DNA of 64,000 nucleotides from Minisyncoccota bacterium (GCA_041389085.1 JAWKSL010000001.1:102765-166764); one strand, 5' to 3'; counted from the first letter of the stretch, positions 1 through 10,035 are shown. Notes: generated from the letters alone by a model not told the origin. Program-made: numbers and translations.

Positions 1-317
1 CATAGCTCAACGATAAATGGAACTATTATGTAGGTCATAAGCTCTAGTAGATTTATCCCACCGTCGTAGAGAGGAAACATCATCATTCCCTGTATAAAAA
101 TTGCTGCGCCCACCAAGGCAAGGAATATAAGCCACTTCAAAAATTTATTTCTTAACGATGCTTGTAAGGTAAGAAGTACACCCGCAGCTATGCTAAAAAT
201 AGAAAAAAGTCCCTCTGAGTCAATAATTGCACTGAGGACAAAAAATGCTGTAATTAATATTGCGAGGAAGAAAATCTTTTTCTCGTAAGATTGTAGTTCA
301 CTTATTTTCTTAAACAT
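1..317 (-). CDS. Membrane protein, partial (runs off window start)
   Basis: ATG at 317, open frame to the edge (MFKKISELQSYEKKIFFLAILITAFF...), several hydrophobic segments; not in ORF track. Confidence 0.7.
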   Translation of the reverse strand, partial: MFKKISELQSYEKKIFFLAILITAFFVLSAIIDSEGLFSIFSIAAGVLLTLQASLRNKFLKWLIFLALVGAAIFIQGMMMFPLYDGGINLLELMTYIIVPFIVEL

Positions 318-334
318 TACTCTTATTATAAACC

Positions 335-361
335 AAAAAGCCCCGCATTGCGGGGCTTTTT
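335..361. terminator. Intrinsic terminator after FKBP gene
   Basis: AAAAAGCCCCGC-ATT-GCGGGGCTTTTT. Confidence 0.8.
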
Positions 362-364
362 CTA

Positions 365-829
365 CTATTTAACTCCGAGGAGCTCTACTTCGAAGTGAAG
401 TGTTGAGTTTGGTGGGATAGAACCTATCGCTCTGTCTCCGTAGCCCATGTATGGTGGGATGGTGAGCTTTCGCACTCCTCCTACCTTCATACCTTCAAAC
501 CCTTGCTCCCATCCCTGAATAACCATACCGCTTCCAAGTACGAAGCTAAATGGGTTTCCTCTGTCGCGGCTGCTGTCGAACTTCGTTCCGTCGTCGAGAG
601 TTCCTACGTAGTGAACTGTTATTTCACTTCCTTTTACTGCCTCTACTCCTTCTCCTACCTTTACGTCTTCGATTTTAAAGTCTTCGTTCATAGTTTCTTC
701 TGTATTTGTTAATTGTGTTTCTTGGTTTGTTTCTCCCTCATCTACCAGAGAGTCTAAGTCTGGCTTATATTTTACTGCCGCGTAGATAATTACTACTGCG
801 AGCACAAGAAATAGTAATACTTTTTTCAT
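365..829 (-). CDS. FKBP-type peptidyl-prolyl isomerase with N-terminal anchor
   Basis: VHYVGTL, FDSSRDR, VIQGWEQG, IPPYMGYG, IPPNSTLHFEVEL motifs. Confidence 0.95.
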   Translation of the reverse strand: MKKVLLFLVLAVVIIYAAVKYKPDLDSLVDEGETNQETQLTNTEETMNEDFKIEDVKVGEGVEAVKGSEITVHYVGTLDDGTKFDSSRDRGNPFSFVLGSGMVIQGWEQGFEGMKVGGVRKLTIPPYMGYGDRAIGSIPPNSTLHFEVELLGVK

Positions 830-870
830 ATATAGAGCTGATTATAATTGAAGTCCTTTAGGCTGACAAA

Positions 871-1845
871 CTAGGAAATAGTTTCCTTTATAAACTTCTG
901 AATTTCCTCAAGACCGTCTTCTGTTTCTACGCTGGTGCAGATAACGTTTGGGTTGAGCTTCTTAAGCTCTTTTATTCGCTTCTCTTTTTCCTTGTCTGAA
1001 ATAAGGTCTATTTTTGTGAGTATGATGCACTCATTTTTCTGGCTGAGCTCTTTATCAAAACTCTTGAGCTCGTCCCAAATAGTCTTGTAGTCCTTCTTCA
1101 TGTTTTCTGACTCTGCGCTTATGCAGTGGAAAAGGTAGCGAGTGCGCTTAATGTGGCGAAGAAACTTATCGCCAAGCCCCTTTCCTTTGTGCGCTCCCTC
1201 GATAAGGCCGGGAATGTCTGCAAGAATTGTTTGCACTGCTTTACTGTTGGTTGGGTAAAACACTCCAAGGTTTGCCTCGAGTGTAGTGAAGTGGTAGCTG
1301 GCTACTTTTGCTGTCGCTTCAGTAAGGGCGTTTAAAAGACTGCTCTTTCCTGCGCTTGGGAGCCCGATAAAGCCAGCGTCTGCGATAAGGCGAAGCTCTA
1401 TGTAATATTCAAATTCCTCCTCGCTTCTCCCCTTTTCTGCAAAGTCTGGAGCTTGGCGTTCTGCTGTTCTAAAGTGCCAGTTTCCTCTTCCTCCTTTTCC
1501 GCCTTTTGCGAGGCGCACTTTTTCTCCTACTTCAAGAACTTCGATATCTTCTTTTGTATCGAGGTTGTGCGCGATTGTTCCCACTGGAACTTTGATTATT
1601 AAATCTTCTCCGTTTTTTCCTTTGAGCTTCTTTGTTCCTCCGTCGCCTCCATTTTCTGCCTCAAAAGCTTTTTTAAAGCGGTAGTTTCTAAGCACGCTTA
1701 AATCAGACACTGCCTCCATATAGACACTGCCTCCATTTCCTCCGTCGCCTCCAGTAACGCCTTTTGAGCCTCTGCCCTTCGCAAAAGCTACACGGCCATC
1801 TCCTCCGCGACCTGCACGAACTTTAATTCTTAGCTCATCTACCAT
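871..1845 (-). CDS. obgE: GTPase ObgE/CgtA
   Basis: Gly-rich Obg domain (GGDGGNGG), G1 GLPSAGKS, YHFTT, DIPGLIEGA, TKID. Confidence 0.95.
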   Translation of the reverse strand: MVDELRIKVRAGRGGDGRVAFAKGRGSKGVTGGDGGNGGSVYMEAVSDLSVLRNYRFKKAFEAENGGDGGTKKLKGKNGEDLIIKVPVGTIAHNLDTKEDIEVLEVGEKVRLAKGGKGGRGNWHFRTAERQAPDFAEKGRSEEEFEYYIELRLIADAGFIGLPSAGKSSLLNALTEATAKVASYHFTTLEANLGVFYPTNSKAVQTILADIPGLIEGAHKGKGLGDKFLRHIKRTRYLFHCISAESENMKKDYKTIWDELKSFDKELSQKNECIILTKIDLISDKEKEKRIKELKKLNPNVICTSVETEDGLEEIQKFIKETIS

Positions 1846-1851
1846 ATAGAG

Positions 1852-2886
1852 CTACTGTTTACCGCTTTCTTTGCCGTTTGCCAAGTGCTCAAGCGCTTGG
1901 TGCGACATTCTACTCTCTACTACCTGGCTCGTACTTACGGCAAAGAAAATGACTGCTGCATAAATACCAAGCATCTGAAATGCGGTGATTGGGATTGATT
2001 TTAGCGAGCCCAAGATAAGAGCGATGTACCAAGACGATATTGATATAGCTCCGCTGGCAAACGCTACGCGGCGGAAGTTTTTAAGCTCTCCGACTTGGTG
2101 GTGGTGGCTCTTTCCGAAAGAAATAGTCATGAGGCGAGGAGAAATGTAGAAGTTGAGAAGCACACCGTTGAAGATAATAATGGCGACGATACCCATCTTT
2201 GCTAAGAACTTTGAAGATACGGCATAGGTGGCTGCAGCAGGAAGGAAAAGCCCGACTCCGCTGAGAACAAGAAGGCCAACTCCCATCCATACTACCTGGC
2301 TCAAGATGCCGAGAATTGAAGACTCGAACTGCGAAATTCTAAAGTCTTTGAGGAAGCGGAAGAAGAAAATGTCTGAAATGGTGGCAGCTCCTACTCCGAG
2401 CGCTACACCGACAAGGTGAAGGATAATCATGAGCGGCTTGAGCACTGCGAGCTGCTCGATAATGGCGCTGTTGAGGTGGAAGACTACGATAAGGAAAATA
2501 ATCGTGGTAATAATCGCTGAGCAAATACACCAGGTACACCATTCTTTGAGCGCGATAGCTTGGATAGCGATAAGGTAGATACTAAAGAGAAATGCTCCAA
2601 GGCTGATGCCAAACAGCATAAAGCTTATCGCTGGACTTGCTATCTGAGGAAAAAGTAGAAGTGTTCCGTAGCTAAAGCCAAGGAAGGCGTAGTAAATCAT
2701 TCCCAAGAGCTCTACTGGAAGGCCAAAGAATTTTGAGTATTCAGAGTGCACTACTTTTGAGCAGTCTGAGCCTACGTAGCAGACCATCGGTTGGTGGCGA
2801 GTCTTTTTGAGTCGAATATAAAGAGCAATAAAGAAGCCTATCCATGCAAGCCCTGCCAAAATTGCGTTTATAACACTGATAGTCAT
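1852..2886 (-). CDS. Vitamin K epoxide reductase (VKOR) family protein fused to a second membrane domain
   Basis: C..GSDCSKVVHSEYSKFFG and CTWC redox motif, multiple TM helices. Confidence 0.85.
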   Translation of the reverse strand: MTISVINAILAGLAWIGFFIALYIRLKKTRHQPMVCYVGSDCSKVVHSEYSKFFGLPVELLGMIYYAFLGFSYGTLLLFPQIASPAISFMLFGISLGAFLFSIYLIAIQAIALKEWCTWCICSAIITTIIFLIVVFHLNSAIIEQLAVLKPLMIILHLVGVALGVGAATISDIFFFRFLKDFRISQFESSILGILSQVVWMGVGLLVLSGVGLFLPAAATYAVSSKFLAKMGIVAIIIFNGVLLNFYISPRLMTISFGKSHHHQVGELKNFRRVAFASGAISISSWYIALILGSLKSIPITAFQMLGIYAAVIFFAVSTSQVVESRMSHQALEHLANGKESGKQ

Positions 2887-2887
2887 C

Positions 2888-4549
2888 TTATACGTCGTGT
2901 TGGTTGTCTTTCTTCATATGAGCAAGCGCGAAAGCTTTTGTTCCGCCTACCTTTTTGCCTGGGTTGAAAATGTTTTTCGGATCGAACGCATTTTTAACCT
3001 GTTTAAATAATTCTACTACTTTTTCTCCATACATCTGCTCAAGGTATGGCGTGCGGATAATACCATCGTTGTGCTCAGCGGTAATTGATCCGTTGTACTG
3101 CTTTACGAGCGCATAAACTTCGTCTGAAAGCTTAGGGATAACTGCTCTTGCAGTCGCATCTGAAAGATCCATGAGTGGGATGATGTGGAAGTTTCCATCT
3201 CCAATATGCCCGGCGATCGTGTACTGAAGCTTGTCTGAATACTTTGCTACCAGCTCGTTGAGCTTTGGGAAAAATTCTGGAAGGTGTTCAGGCTTTACGA
3301 TAACGTCGTCGATAAATGGAGCTGTCTGCCTTCCTTTTACTTTGTTTCTCAAAAGATTGAAGCTTTCGCGGCGAATTACCCAAAACTCTCTTTCTTCTTC
3401 CTCGCTCTTGGTTATGTGAGTTTTAAGGTTGAGCTTCTTGAGCGCCTCGCTTGCCGCCTGCACATCTTTGTCTATCTGCGCTTCATCGTTTCCGGTAAAT
3501 TCGGCCATTAGTACGAGCTCTGGGAGCCCGCCGGTAAGCATCATCCAAAACTCTGGCAGGAAGTGCACCATCATTTTGAAGAAGTTTTTTGGGCGCAGAA
3601 CTTTTACTAAATCTGGGAAAAACTTCAGTGCGAGCTTGAAGGTGTTTTTGTCGTAAGACTCAAATGTTTCTGGTTTAAAGGCTAAAACTTCGTTTGCTAT
3701 CTGGCCAAGGTTTTTCATATCAGCCTTGCCCATGAAGACAACGAGCATTTTCGAAAGCTTCTTTGGCTGAATAAGTTTGAACTTTATTTCGCTAATAAGG
3801 CCGAGTGTTCCTTGTGAACCCACGAGCAGGCGCGTCATGTCGAAAGTTTCTCCGTCCCACACGTTCCAAAGGAAGTAGCCTGCACTGTTTTTGCTTACTT
3901 TTGGCTTAGCGGCGTCGAGGAGCTCTTTGTTTTGGCTTACTATTTCGTATACCGAACGATAAAGTTGCCCTTCAAAGTTTTGAAGGCGCATCTTCATTTC
4001 CAAATCTACTTTTGAAATTGGTTTAAAGGTGTACTCGTTTCCATCAGCAAGTACTGCCTTGAGCTGCATAACGTAGTCTTCGGTTTTTCCGTACGCAAGC
4101 GTCTTTTCTCCTCCGGCATTGTTGGCCACCATTCCACCGACAGTACAAATTTCTCTACTGGCTGGGTAGCTTGGCATAAGGCGGTCGTGGCGCAGCGTTT
4201 CTTTTTCAAAGTCGCGATAGTAAGTACCTGGCTGCACAATTGCGTATTCTGGAGTAACTTCAACTATTTTGTTGAAGTGAGGCTTCATATCTACCACTAT
4301 TGAGTCGGTAAGCGGACCTCCACTCATACAGGCACCTCCGCTTCGCGCGGTAAGGCTTATGTGTTTACTCTCCCCTCCTTTTTCGCTGGCAAATTTTACC
4401 AGCGCCTTTAAGTCCTCTATGTCTTGAGGCTCCACGATGACTTCTGGCCTCACTTCGAACAAGCTGGCGTCTCTACTCGCGTGCCTGAGTGACTCATCGT
4501 CTGTTTTTACATCTCCTTTTATGACTTCTTTGAGTAGCTGAGATAACAT
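2888..4549 (-). CDS. FAD-binding oxidoreductase (GlcD/D-lactate dehydrogenase-like)
   Basis: RSGG, CTVGGMVANNAGG, GSQGTLG, GHIGDGNFH, AEHNDG, FDPKNIFNPGK; start moved to ATG 4549 (the track's longer start overlaps the RRM gene). Confidence 0.9.
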   Translation of the reverse strand: MLSQLLKEVIKGDVKTDDESLRHASRDASLFEVRPEVIVEPQDIEDLKALVKFASEKGGESKHISLTARSGGACMSGGPLTDSIVVDMKPHFNKIVEVTPEYAIVQPGTYYRDFEKETLRHDRLMPSYPASREICTVGGMVANNAGGEKTLAYGKTEDYVMQLKAVLADGNEYTFKPISKVDLEMKMRLQNFEGQLYRSVYEIVSQNKELLDAAKPKVSKNSAGYFLWNVWDGETFDMTRLLVGSQGTLGLISEIKFKLIQPKKLSKMLVVFMGKADMKNLGQIANEVLAFKPETFESYDKNTFKLALKFFPDLVKVLRPKNFFKMMVHFLPEFWMMLTGGLPELVLMAEFTGNDEAQIDKDVQAASEALKKLNLKTHITKSEEEEREFWVIRRESFNLLRNKVKGRQTAPFIDDVIVKPEHLPEFFPKLNELVAKYSDKLQYTIAGHIGDGNFHIIPLMDLSDATARAVIPKLSDEVYALVKQYNGSITAEHNDGIIRTPYLEQMYGEKVVELFKQVKNAFDPKNIFNPGKKVGGTKAFALAHMKKDNQHDV

Positions 4550-4572
4550 GTTGCCCTTTAGTATATCAGAAT

Positions 4573-4602
4573 AAAAAAGAAACCCTTGCGGGTTTCTTTT
4601 TT
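4573..4602 (-). terminator. Intrinsic terminator after RRM gene
   Basis: A-tract / GAAACCC-TTGC-GGGTTTC / T-tract. Confidence 0.8.
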
Positions 4603-4607
4603 GCGTT

Positions 4608-4865
4608 TTATCGCTCTTCGCGTGGGCGAGCTTCGTTGACGTTGATTTCACGTCCTTCGAGCTCCTTTCCGTTGAACATGTCGATAGCCTTTTGAGCATC
4701 ATCGTCACTTTCGTATTCAACGAATCCGAATCCCTTTGAGCGGCCTGAGAACTTGTCGTTGATAACAACTGCATCAGCAACGGTTCCTGCCTGTTCAAAG
4801 TGAGCCTTTAGCGAATCGCTAGTAACACTGTAGGGAAGGTTTCCTACAAAGAGTTTCTTTGCCAT
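4608..4865 (-). CDS. RRM (RNP-1) RNA-binding protein
   Basis: KLFVGNL (RNP2), SKGFGFVE (RNP1), VNEARPRE. Confidence 0.95.
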   Translation of the reverse strand: MAKKLFVGNLPYSVTSDSLKAHFEQAGTVADAVVINDKFSGRSKGFGFVEYESDDDAQKAIDMFNGKELEGREINVNEARPREER

Positions 4866-4991
4866 TAACTTTGAGAACTAATTTTAATGAACGCTGTAGA
4901 AGGACCTTCCTATTTGGACGTTTTCAAAAAATACGCTTACACAGGATCTACAAACAATTGCAGAGTAGCACGGGGCTATATTTTGTCCAGT

Positions 4992-5765
4992 CTAGAAGAG
5001 GGTATTCTTGTCTTTTATCTTCCCTTCGAGGCCTTGGCAGACTTTCTTGTATTCACAGTAGTCACAGTCCTTACTTGATGCTGGAATAGAGTCGCTATCG
5101 AGGCATTTCTTGATTTTTTCGAGCGTTGGCTCTATCCAAGCCGTATCTCCGTTTGCCGGAAGGATCATAACGTCGAACTCGAGTTTTCCGTCGAAAGCTT
5201 CTGCATCTTTCTTTCCATTTACATATACAAAGTAGCCGGTGTCGCTTACCTCAAAGCCGTTGTTTCTCAAGAGCCACTGATACACTTCCATTTGGCGTAC
5301 GTACTGCGCGCCCAAGTCTCCTTCAAGGCTTGGCTTTGTGCTTTTTGCCGTCGCTTTGTAGTCGACGACCATGAGCTCTCCTTTCGAATTTTTCCATACG
5401 TCGTCTACCGCTCCGCTGATAGTCATTCCTGTAGGCTCGTGCTTGTGCTGCACTCCTTCAAAGTTTTCGCGCCACTTATCGAGCTCTTCGTGAGAAAAAG
5501 GCACGGCGTCTATACCGTAAGCTTTCATCATTGGGTGCGCCTGTTCCTTTGCACGGTGTATGTCGAACTCGCGCTTCAAAAGTTCGTCGACAGCAATGTT
5601 TAAGGTAAGAGGGAATCCTGGTGGGCGCTTTGTACCAAGCTTGTTGTCTATATAAAAGCAGCGAGGGCATTCGATAAAGAGGTCTATCTTTGAGCGAGAA
5701 AGTTTCCAGTTGCTTCCGCCGTAGTTCCAGTTTGCTCCTCGTTTTGCGCTATAAAATTTTGACAT
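4992..5765 (-). CDS. PD-(D/E)XK nuclease family protein (RecB/Cas4-like)
   Basis: LSRSKI..CPRCFY, GAVDD, VVDYKAT, QMEVY, C-terminal CDYC. Confidence 0.85.
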   Translation of the reverse strand: MSKFYSAKRGANWNYGGSNWKLSRSKIDLFIECPRCFYIDNKLGTKRPPGFPLTLNIAVDELLKREFDIHRAKEQAHPMMKAYGIDAVPFSHEELDKWRENFEGVQHKHEPTGMTISGAVDDVWKNSKGELMVVDYKATAKSTKPSLEGDLGAQYVRQMEVYQWLLRNNGFEVSDTGYFVYVNGKKDAEAFDGKLEFDVMILPANGDTAWIEPTLEKIKKCLDSDSIPASSKDCDYCEYKKVCQGLEGKIKDKNTLF

Positions 5766-5803
5766 GTACTTTAGGGTATAAGATTTAATGCGTTGGGTAA
5801 AGT

Positions 5804-6895
5804 TTAGGTGAAGAGGTTTTTGCTGAGTTTTTCTACTCTTAGGCCGATAAGGCGTATCTTTTTCTTTCTTGGGTTTTCTCTGCTATCTAAGAAGGGCATA
5901 AGGAGCTGAAGCGCCTCTGTTTCAAGAATTGGTTTTTTGTTTGTTTCTCTTTCTAGAGTGTGGGCTCTGGTAAGAGTTTGAAAATCTTCGAAGCGCACCT
6001 TTATCGCTACTGTTTTAAACGCCACTCGTTTTTTATTTACTGTGCGCGATACTGAACGAATAAGCTTTTGAAACTCTTCTACTATTTTCGTAGAGTCGAG
6101 CGTGTCTTCTTGGAAAGTGCATTCTTCGCCGATCGATTTCCTCTCTGCTCTTTGCTCAACCTTACTCTCGTCTTCTCCCCTTGCCTTGTCGTACCACTCA
6201 GCCCCGCGCTTTCCGAATTTCTCTTCAAGCTCTTTTTGAGGAAACTTCGTGCGAAGCTCTTTTATTGTTTTTATCCCCGCGTTGTTTAGTGCCTGCTCTG
6301 CTTTTGGACCGATGCCGGGAATGGTGCGAATGTTTTTCGGATCGAGAAAGTTTTGTACATCTTTCTTTTGAATAATAATGAGGCCGTCTGGCTTTTCTTC
6401 GTCGCTGGCTATCTTGGCTATAAGGCGGTTTGGGCCGATACCAATTGAAGCGGTAAGTTTGTGCTTTCGCTTTATGTGAGCCTTTATTTGCTGAGCAAGC
6501 TTTTTAGCTTCACTAAACGTTTTTGTGCTCGATATGTCGGCATACGCTTCATCTATACTCGCTATCTGCAGCTTATCTACTTTCCTTTTTATATATGCAA
6601 AAATTTTCTCGCTTTCAGCTGCGTACTTTTTTATGTTTGGAGCAATAAAGACGGCTTCCGGCTTTCCTTCTGTCTTTGCTTTTTGCGAGTATGTCCATGC
6701 ACGAGAAATTGGCAGTGCGGAGCGAATACCGTATGTGCGCGCTACATAGTTTGCAGTAGAAACAACGCCGCGCCCCTTTCCATCAAGCGGGTCTGAGCCA
6801 ATAACGATTGGCCTACCTTTAAGTCGAGGCCTGTCGCGCTCTTCGACGGCTGCAAAAAAGGCGTCCATGTCTAAATGCATAACTATGCGTGGCAT
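5804..6895 (-). CDS. dinB: DNA polymerase IV
   Basis: HLDMDAFFAAVE, STANYVAR, SIDEAY, AKIASDEEKPDG, IPGIG, IRLIGL. Confidence 0.95.
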   Translation of the reverse strand: MPRIVMHLDMDAFFAAVEERDRPRLKGRPIVIGSDPLDGKGRGVVSTANYVARTYGIRSALPISRAWTYSQKAKTEGKPEAVFIAPNIKKYAAESEKIFAYIKRKVDKLQIASIDEAYADISSTKTFSEAKKLAQQIKAHIKRKHKLTASIGIGPNRLIAKIASDEEKPDGLIIIQKKDVQNFLDPKNIRTIPGIGPKAEQALNNAGIKTIKELRTKFPQKELEEKFGKRGAEWYDKARGEDESKVEQRAERKSIGEECTFQEDTLDSTKIVEEFQKLIRSVSRTVNKKRVAFKTVAIKVRFEDFQTLTRAHTLERETNKKPILETEALQLLMPFLDSRENPRKKKIRLIGLRVEKLSKNLFT

Positions 6896-6930
6896 ATAGC
6901 CTTAGGATATCAGAAATGACTGAGCCGCAC

Positions 6931-7458
6931 CTATACGGGGTGCGGCTCTGCGAGTTCGCGCTTTTTGGGCGCTTTGATGGGGCTACTTGGCCCCTTTACT
7001 ACCGTGACAGTGAACTTCCACTCGGGAAGCAACCCTCCTGGTGGGTGTTGCGGCATCAGGCTCGGAGGCCTGTCTTCATCGTCGTCGCGATCATCGTCTT
7101 CGTTACTACCCCCAGCCTCCATATAGGAGATGCCGAGGATGCTAGCGATGATAAAGAGTGGCAGCGTAAAGCACTTTGGCCCGAGATTGAAGATAGCTGC
7201 AAAGACTAGGTTGTCCTTGTTTTTGATGGGGCCGATGTGCCCGGCAACAAGCATGTGCACTACCACCATCATCACGGAGGCGATCATGGCGACAGCAGCA
7301 ATCATGAAAGACCGTTGGCTGATGCGGTTGTCCTGCTGCCTGATGCTGCGGGAATGGTGGTGCAGCACCCAACGCACAGGCGCCATCATGATCGCGGAGG
7401 CGACCGTGAGAGCGCACACTACTGCAAAGAGTACCTTGCTTTGGTGATTGCGCTTCAT
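6931..7458 (-). CDS. GC-rich orphan membrane protein (cassette-type)
   Basis: SD AAGGAGG before ATG, TTGACG-N18-TAAAAT upstream, hairpin over the stop (about 6922-6948), three hydrophobic segments. Confidence 0.65.
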   Translation of the reverse strand: MKRNHQSKVLFAVVCALTVASAIMMAPVRWVLHHHSRSIRQQDNRISQRSFMIAAVAMIASVMMVVVHMLVAGHIGPIKNKDNLVFAAIFNLGPKCFTLPLFIIASILGISYMEAGGSNEDDDRDDDEDRPPSLMPQHPPGGLLPEWKFTVTVVKGPSSPIKAPKKRELAEPHPV

Positions 7459-7610
7459 GGTCTTGCTCCTCCTTTTGAGCTTTATCTATTTTAGAAGCCT
7501 CGGTCGATGCCCGTCAAACGCCTATTGACATTTTTATATAAATAGGTTATTGTCTTTACTCACCTTCTGAGCGGGATGTTCTCGCTTCGACCAATTTTTC
7601 CGGAGGGATC

Positions 7611-8051
7611 GTGGGAGAAACTCTGACTGTCACGCGCTTCATCGACGGGGCAAGAGGCATCGCAACGGGAGACCGTTCCCTGCCTGTCCTCTTCACCTTC
7701 GAGGAGCTGACGAGATGGCACTACACGAGTGCTCGCGGCGCTTTCTCAACTGGGCCAGTTCGCGACGACTACTACTTCCCTGAGGTGGGAGAGCAGATCG
7801 AGGTGTACGAGCTCTCTGCCAAGGCTGCTCTTCTTGATGGCACTCGCAAGGCCATCGCTTGGGGCAAGCCAGGAGAGTTCGCCGCGCGTAATGCTTCCGC
7901 AGAAAAGGGTCGCAAGACTCTTGAGCGTAAGCGCCTTGAACATGAGGCGGAAAACCAGCTGCGCCAAGCAGCGCGTGCTGCAAGCCAGCGCAAGCGCCCT
8001 CGAGGCACGCAAAAGGGCTCGCAGCGCCACAAGGCTCGCTGTCGATCCTAG
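7611..8051 (+). CDS. GC-rich orphan; possibly a degenerate cold-shock/OB-fold domain with basic tail
   Basis: TTGACA-N17-TATTGT promoter, SD GGAGG, GTG start; OB-fold resemblance is weak (TVTRF..G, PEVGEQI, KAIAW). Confidence 0.65.
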   Translation: MGETLTVTRFIDGARGIATGDRSLPVLFTFEELTRWHYTSARGAFSTGPVRDDYYFPEVGEQIEVYELSAKAALLDGTRKAIAWGKPGEFAARNASAEKGRKTLERKRLEHEAENQLRQAARAASQRKRPRGTQKGSQRHKARCRS

Positions 8052-8078
8052 TGTGGGGTTTATACTCACACACCGCTG

Positions 8079-8123
8079 CGCCCGTGCGTTTCCCAAGTGG
8101 AAATGCACGGGCGTTTGTTTTTT
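8079..8123 (+). terminator. Long GC hairpin terminator
   Basis: CGCCCGTGCGTTTCC-CAAGT-GGAAATGCACGGGCG + T-tract. Confidence 0.8.
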
Positions 8124-8149
8124 AGATTATAAGACTCTCTTGATAAGCT

Positions 8150-8665
8150 CTATGACTTATCAAACATATTAACTCTCAGTTTTCTCTGTAGAGTTTCTAA
8201 AAATAGACTTAGCGTTTCTAGGGTTGCTTCCTTTTCTTGCTTCCTCTTCATTTCCTCAATGAGCTTTACGTATTCCTCAGGGGTCTTTGGCTTATCTTTT
8301 TCGGCTATTTGCTTTATTAACTCCCCCGCCTCTCCAAAAAGACTTCCCTGATTCTCGGTGTACTTTCTTTCGCGCGCATGAAGATTTCTGTCAATTTTAA
8401 GATTGATAAAATCAATGTCGGCATCTTCATATTCATCTTCGGGCCTCGACTCCCATAGCAAGCCATTAAAAATGTCGTCTCCCTCTTTGTCGAAGCCGAC
8501 CCAAACGTACACTTCATGGCCATTTTCTCCAAAAATCTCCATTTCTGCGTGACCCTCCCGTTTTGCGAATTTGATTCCTGCTTCCTTCGCCAAATCCATT
8601 ACGCCTCCTAAAATGGCGTTTATTCTCTCTTGTGCCTCGTTTCTCTCAAATCCTTGGTTTTCCAT
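8150..8665 (-). CDS. Hypothetical protein
   Basis: 171-aa ORF with backbone-like codon usage, co-directional operon. Confidence 0.75.
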   Translation of the reverse strand: MENQGFERNEAQERINAILGGVMDLAKEAGIKFAKREGHAEMEIFGENGHEVYVWVGFDKEGDDIFNGLLWESRPEDEYEDADIDFINLKIDRNLHARERKYTENQGSLFGEAGELIKQIAEKDKPKTPEEYVKLIEEMKRKQEKEATLETLSLFLETLQRKLRVNMFDKS

Positions 8666-8666
8666 G

Positions 8667-9203
8667 TTATTTTTTTGCTAGCTTTCCATTATTATCGCAC
8701 GCGGGCGAAAAGATACCTATCTTTCTATCGCGCGCATACTGCTCGAGCTCTCTAAAATATTCTTTTCTTTCAAAGTTTTCGTTTTCATATACTTGAGCAA
8801 GGCCGTTTACTAAAAGCTTCTCTTCAAGAAGCTCTCCGTCTTCCATAAGGATGTGCCGCAAAATTCTATTGAACTGGTCTTTGTCTTTGGCGAGCGGGTC
8901 TTTGTACAAAGAAACCTCTTTGTGCAGCACTTGCTCACGAGAAAATACACTGGCGTCGAATGCCATGCACTCATGGTTTTTATCTTCGTAGTCGAGTTCT
9001 GGCGTATCTACTCCCAGAAGGCGTACTTTTTGAAGTGAGCCATCTTCTCTTTTTACTTGCACTGTATCTCCATCGTATACAAAATTGACCACTACTTTTT
9101 CTAGCTCTTGGTATGCTTCATTCCCCTGCTCCTTTTGTAGTAGTGAGTAGGTAAATACAACTACTGCACACACTACGACTAAAGCTAGGGCTCTCTTTAC
9201 CAT
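8667..9203 (-). CDS. Thermonuclease (SNase) family, membrane anchored
   Basis: VYDGDT, VRLLGVDTPE, DQFNRIL, ARDRKIGIF. Confidence 0.9.
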   Translation of the reverse strand: MVKRALALVVVCAVVVFTYSLLQKEQGNEAYQELEKVVVNFVYDGDTVQVKREDGSLQKVRLLGVDTPELDYEDKNHECMAFDASVFSREQVLHKEVSLYKDPLAKDKDQFNRILRHILMEDGELLEEKLLVNGLAQVYENENFERKEYFRELEQYARDRKIGIFSPACDNNGKLAKK

Positions 9204-9207
9204 CTCT

Positions 9208-9441
9208 CTACTCTTTTTCGGTTGGCTCTACGTCGATAAAGCTCTTCTTTGTTTTCGGATTTGTAAGGTACTTGTAGAGCTTTGCTAGAAAGTAAATTCC
9301 TGCGAACACTATCGCTATACTCAGCGCGATAGTGAAAAGTACCGCAAAGACCTGTAGGGCAAATCCTAATAGTACAATTCCGAGCGCAAGCCCAAACCCA
9401 ATTGTTGCGAAGCGAATAACTGTGTCTACTGTTTTTTTCAT
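9208..9441 (-). CDS. Small membrane protein
   Basis: 77 aa, long hydrophobic core, tight operon spacing. Confidence 0.75.
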   Translation of the reverse strand: MKKTVDTVIRFATIGFGLALGIVLLGFALQVFAVLFTIALSIAIVFAGIYFLAKLYKYLTNPKTKKSFIDVEPTEKE

Positions 9442-9443
9442 AC

Positions 9444-9920
9444 TTATTTAAAGTACACCTCTATCTCAAGTGCATTGTCGTTTTCTGGGAGATCTGAAGG
9501 ATTGTCTTTCCTTAGGATTAAAAATCCCTTTTCTCCAAACTCTGGCTTTTCAAACTCGAGCGTAGCGGTGAAATCTACGTAGTCTTCTGTCATCCACTCC
9601 CCATCTGCTGTGGCATAGCTCTCTGCGATTATTTTTCCGTCCCAGTCGGTAAGGATGATTGGGAAGCTGGCTTCAAAAAACCAATACCCGCGAGCCCTTC
9701 CTTCTATAGTAAGCGGCGAGCTAATAGCGTCGCGAGGCTTCGGCGTTTCTATATAGATAAGGTCGTCTTTGTGGTCTACGTATGGCTCTTCTTGAGCTGG
9801 CGGTGTCTTTGTGTCGTCTTCTGTATTTGGCTGATTTTCTCCGTCGCGATTAACCCCAAGGTAGTACCCTACTGCTAATACAAGCGCTGCCACTACAAGT
9901 AAAATGAGTAATTTTTTCAT
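9444..9920 (-). CDS. Gmad2 immunoglobulin-like domain protein
   Basis: ISSPLTIEGRARGYWFFEASFP, WMTEDYVDF, KDNPSDLPE; start at ATG 9920. Confidence 0.85.
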   Translation of the reverse strand: MKKLLILLVVAALVLAVGYYLGVNRDGENQPNTEDDTKTPPAQEEPYVDHKDDLIYIETPKPRDAISSPLTIEGRARGYWFFEASFPIILTDWDGKIIAESYATADGEWMTEDYVDFTATLEFEKPEFGEKGFLILRKDNPSDLPENDNALEIEVYFK

Positions 9921-10035
9921 ATTTGTATGTATAGTATCACTTTTTATTCGACGACACACTTTGACTTTTCTTTCTCTTTATCGCACAATGGCTTTCTGTG
10001 CCTAAAGGTGGCACAGATGACACGGGAGGCAATTC

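Noticed and set aside
4550-4798. Long N-terminal extensions in the ORF track (FAD oxidoreductase; also Kef, uvrC, uvrA, uvrB, gyrB)
   Set aside because: They overlap other genes, terminators or cassettes; family homology starts at downstream ATGs.
4870-4990. Structured leader upstream of the RRM gene
   Set aside because: Only a 6-bp TGTAGA/TCTACA pairing and a short hairpin; too weak to call.
4992-5765. Cas4 / CRISPR adaptation gene
   Set aside because: Stand-alone PD-(D/E)XK nuclease with no cas1/cas2 or array nearby.
7693-8172. Multiple overlapping alternative ORFs in GC-rich patches (also near 10000, 16000, 31200, 57000, 61400)
   Set aside because: Expected shadow ORFs in GC-rich DNA; only one frame per patch has the promoter, SD and hairpin.
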